Source: Candidatus Iainarchaeum sp. (GTDB taxonomy: Archaea > Iainarchaeota > Iainarchaeia > Iainarchaeales > JAZDEL01). From it: 32,000 nt of DNA. A program made the translations under genes and the position numbers. A model generated the notes under the pieces. The model worked only from the letters and a program-made list of their open reading frames with translations, had not been told where the DNA came from and made no database searches. The stretch covers positions 30,001 to 62,000 of the forward strand of contig JAZDEL010000003.1 in assembly GCA_043808785.1 (NCBI GenBank). Direction: 5' to 3'. Shown here piece after piece: positions 30,199 to 32,000 of this stretch (position 1 is the stretch's first letter; each line of letters opens with the position of its first letter).

Positions 30199-30591
30199 TC
30201 AGTAAATGTACGCCAGCAGCCTCCCTCCGGTTGCTTCCCTTTTCGCGTCCGAGTGCGTCACTATTCCCTTCGGCGTGCTTATTATAAGCGCCCCTATGCC
30301 CCTTGAGGGCAGGTACCTCTTCTCGTATTTCTCGAACCCGTTTTTCCCGACCGCATACCTCGGCTTTATCGCCTTGCAGTCGTTTATCCTGCCTGTAAGG
30401 TTTATCCTGTACATCCCGTCCCTGCCGTCATCGACATACTCGTATGTTGAAATATAGCCCTGCTTCTGCATTACCTTGAGCACTTCCCCCAGCAGCTTCG
30501 AAGCAGGCCTTACAAGGCACTCCTTCTTCGAGGCAAGCTCGTGGTTCTTTATGTTTGCGAGCGCATCCGCCAGCGGGTCGGTCCTAACCAT
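30199..30591 (-). CDS. rps8: 30S ribosomal protein S8 (uS8)
   Basis: DPLADALANIKNHELASKKECLVRPASKLLGEVLKVMQKQGYI...ISTPKGIVTH matches uS8. Confidence 0.95.
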   Translation of the reverse strand: MVRTDPLADALANIKNHELASKKECLVRPASKLLGEVLKVMQKQGYISTYEYVDDGRDGMYRINLTGRINDCKAIKPRYAVGKNGFEKYEKRYLPSRGIGALIISTPKGIVTHSDAKREATGGRLLAYIY

Positions 30592-30615
30592 TTTTCACAC
30601 CTCTTCCAAACATCC

Positions 30616-30774
30616 TCAGTCGTATTTCCTGAATCCTATTTTTTCCGCAATGTCCTTGAAGCATCTCCTGCAAATGAACAGGCTGTACTTGCTTATCAGC
30701 CCGCGCCTTGTGCCGCATCTCCTGCAGCCGCCCTTCTTGTCGAACTTCTTTTCCTCTTTCCCCTCGGAATTCAT
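30616..30774 (-). CDS. rps14: 30S ribosomal protein S14 (uS14, zinc-binding short form)
   Basis: Own translation (52 aa, below the track cutoff): MNSEGKEEKKFDKKGGCRRCGTRRGLISKYSLFICRRCFKDIAEKIGFRKYD. It has CxxC...CxxC and lies between rpl5 and rps8. Its ATG overlaps the rpl5 stop (ATGA). Confidence 0.9.
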   Translation of the reverse strand: MNSEGKEEKKFDKKGGCRRCGTRRGLISKYSLFICRRCFKDIAEKIGFRKYD

Positions 30775-31292
30775 TTCACATCAGCCCCGAACTTTTGCTT
30801 TACAAAATCTATGGCATCACTTTTGGCTATCCTGTGCGCAACCGGTATTTTCTTTTTCGCCAGTTTCCTGCGCTTCAGCCTGTAGCCCGGCCTTTTGAGC
30901 GTTACAAGCACGTCAAATCCCCTTATTCCGAGCCTCGGGTCATATCTCACGTCCGGCATGTCAATGTACTCCTTTATCCCGAACCCGAAGTTCCCGCTGT
31001 TGTCGAAGTTCCTCGCCTGAAGCACGTTGTCCTTTGCCGAGAGCGCCCTCCTGAGAAAATCATCCGCCTTCTTTTTCCTGAGCGTAACCTTGAGCCCTAT
31101 GTTCAGGCCCTCCCTTATGCCCCATGTGGGCTGCCTGACCCTGCATTTGGTGCGCATCGGCTTTGCGCCCGTAATGGTTTGCATTATCACAGCAGCCTTC
31201 TCAAGCTCTTCCCCAGGCTGCCCCACACCCATGTTCACCGTGACCTTCTCTATGGCAACATTGCGCATTGCATTTCCCGCTTCCATAACCAT
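30771..31292 (-). CDS. rpl5: 50S ribosomal protein L5 (uL5)
   Basis: MRNVAIEKVTVNMGVGQPGEELEKA...NFGFGIKEYIDMPDVRYDP matches uL5. The second ATG (31286) has better spacing from GGTGA. Confidence 0.95.
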   Translation of the reverse strand: MVMEAGNAMRNVAIEKVTVNMGVGQPGEELEKAAVIMQTITGAKPMRTKCRVRQPTWGIREGLNIGLKVTLRKKKADDFLRRALSAKDNVLQARNFDNSGNFGFGIKEYIDMPDVRYDPRLGIRGFDVLVTLKRPGYRLKRRKLAKKKIPVAHRIAKSDAIDFVKQKFGADVK

Positions 31293-31346
31293 TCACCTTT
31301 TTTCAAAAAATTTCCCTTTACTCTGCACCCTTGCCCCGCCCCCGAA

Positions 31347-32000
31347 TCATTCCTTCTTCACTGCCTCTCCGAGCTCTATTCCCGCCTGCTTCTCGCCTAT
31401 TACGAAAACGTTCTTTTCCGCCGTGCCGAACTCCGAGCCCTTTGCCTCAAGGCTCACAAGTTTTCCCCTTGCCATTGTCCCCTCTACAACCTTTGTTATC
31501 TTCGCGATTACGCCAGTGTGTGTTCCGCCCGTTATGTATGCGGTATTCCCCTCCTTCATGGAGTAAATTCCCGAGATTTTGTTTTCCGGCATCTCGAGTT
31601 TTATGCTGTCCCCGACCTTTGCGTCGTGCTTTCCAGCGAGCAGGGTTATTCCGCTGCTCGTGTGCAGCTGCACCTTGCCGCCCTTTACATTGCCCTTGCC
31701 CGTGACCTTTGCAATTCCCTCGAGCTTTCCCTTTGCGTTGATTTCCCCGAGCACAATCCTCCTCTTCCCGTCGAACATCACCCTGTAGCGCTTGTTCGAG
31801 GATTTGAGTTCGACAATATCGAACAGCCCGACAGCGAAGCCGTGGCTCTTCCTGACCTTGCCGTTTATTTTCATCTCACCTTTGTTGAGTATCATCTTTG
31901 CCTCGCCCAGCGTCCTGCAAACCCCGAGAATTTCCCTGAGAACAAACCCTGCCGGCACGGAACTCGCCTTGCTGTGCGGCCCGGCCCTTACCCTTATCGC
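31347..32000 (-). CDS. rps4e: 30S ribosomal protein S4e (eS4), 5' end beyond the right window edge
   Basis: The frame stays open to position 32000 (...RVRAGPHSKASSVPAGFVLREILG...). The S4 and KOW regions (GKVRKSHGFAVGLFDIVEL, GNTAYITGGTHTGVIAKI) match S4e. Confidence 0.9.
   Translation of the reverse strand, partial: AIRVRAGPHSKASSVPAGFVLREILGVCRTLGEAKMILNKGEMKINGKVRKSHGFAVGLFDIVELKSSNKRYRVMFDGKRRIVLGEINAKGKLEGIAKVTGKGNVKGGKVQLHTSSGITLLAGKHDAKVGDSIKLEMPENKISGIYSMKEGNTAYITGGTHTGVIAKITKVVEGTMARGKLVSLEAKGSEFGTAEKNVFVIGEKQAGIELGEAVKKE

Overview
Archaeal chromosome segment. Every gene I can support (about 50 CDS and one intron-containing tRNA) lies on the minus strand. Archaeal origin follows from the eS/eL ribosomal proteins, Rpo subunits, aIF2-gamma, aIF5B, Spt4 and L7Ae. 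The window joins the classic archaeal information-processing clusters. Reading in the direction of transcription (right to left): S4e-L5-S14-S8-L6-L32e-L19e-L18-S5-L30-L15-SecY; DUF106/Oxa1-like insertase-L34e-L14e; S13-S4-S11-RpoD; tRNA-Leu(UAA) with a 58-nt intron; L18e-L13-S9-RpoN-S2. An accessory island follows (13979-17104). After it come a MEMO-like protein, a TrmB-family regulator, GluRS and a 26-Cys surface protein. The left part holds L7Ae-S28e-L24e-Ndk-Dut-aIF5B-S6e-aIF2gamma-PIN-Rpo7-Spt4-S24e-S27ae, a CPBP protease and the 5' end of a Sua5/TsaC gene. Many junctions are 1- or 4-nt stop/start overlaps (ATGA, TAATG), and GGAGG/GGTGAT Shine-Dalgarno motifs are common. I found no rRNA, CRISPR array, transposase or integrase. 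The strongest candidate for something undescribed is the accessory island. It holds two tandem copies (exact 1241-nt period) of a two-gene module: a secreted, pro-domain-less, snapalysin-like mini-metzincin (HEFGHWLKLNDLY) translationally coupled to a membrane-anchored protein. That partner has a Thr/Pro stalk and an ectodomain I cannot assign to a family. A third, diverged partner paralogue follows. The two copies show mosaic identity, with perfect tracts next to heavily substituted segments. Secondary observations: a Cys-rich surface protein with two C-x-DTDGG modules; low-complexity tails on many ribosomal proteins, including an RGG tail on S2; a 20-nt duplication that separates a formerly overlapping ndk/dut junction; and a hairpin-rich spacer where adk usually sits. 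All functional calls rest on my own reading of the translations and motifs. No database search was run.
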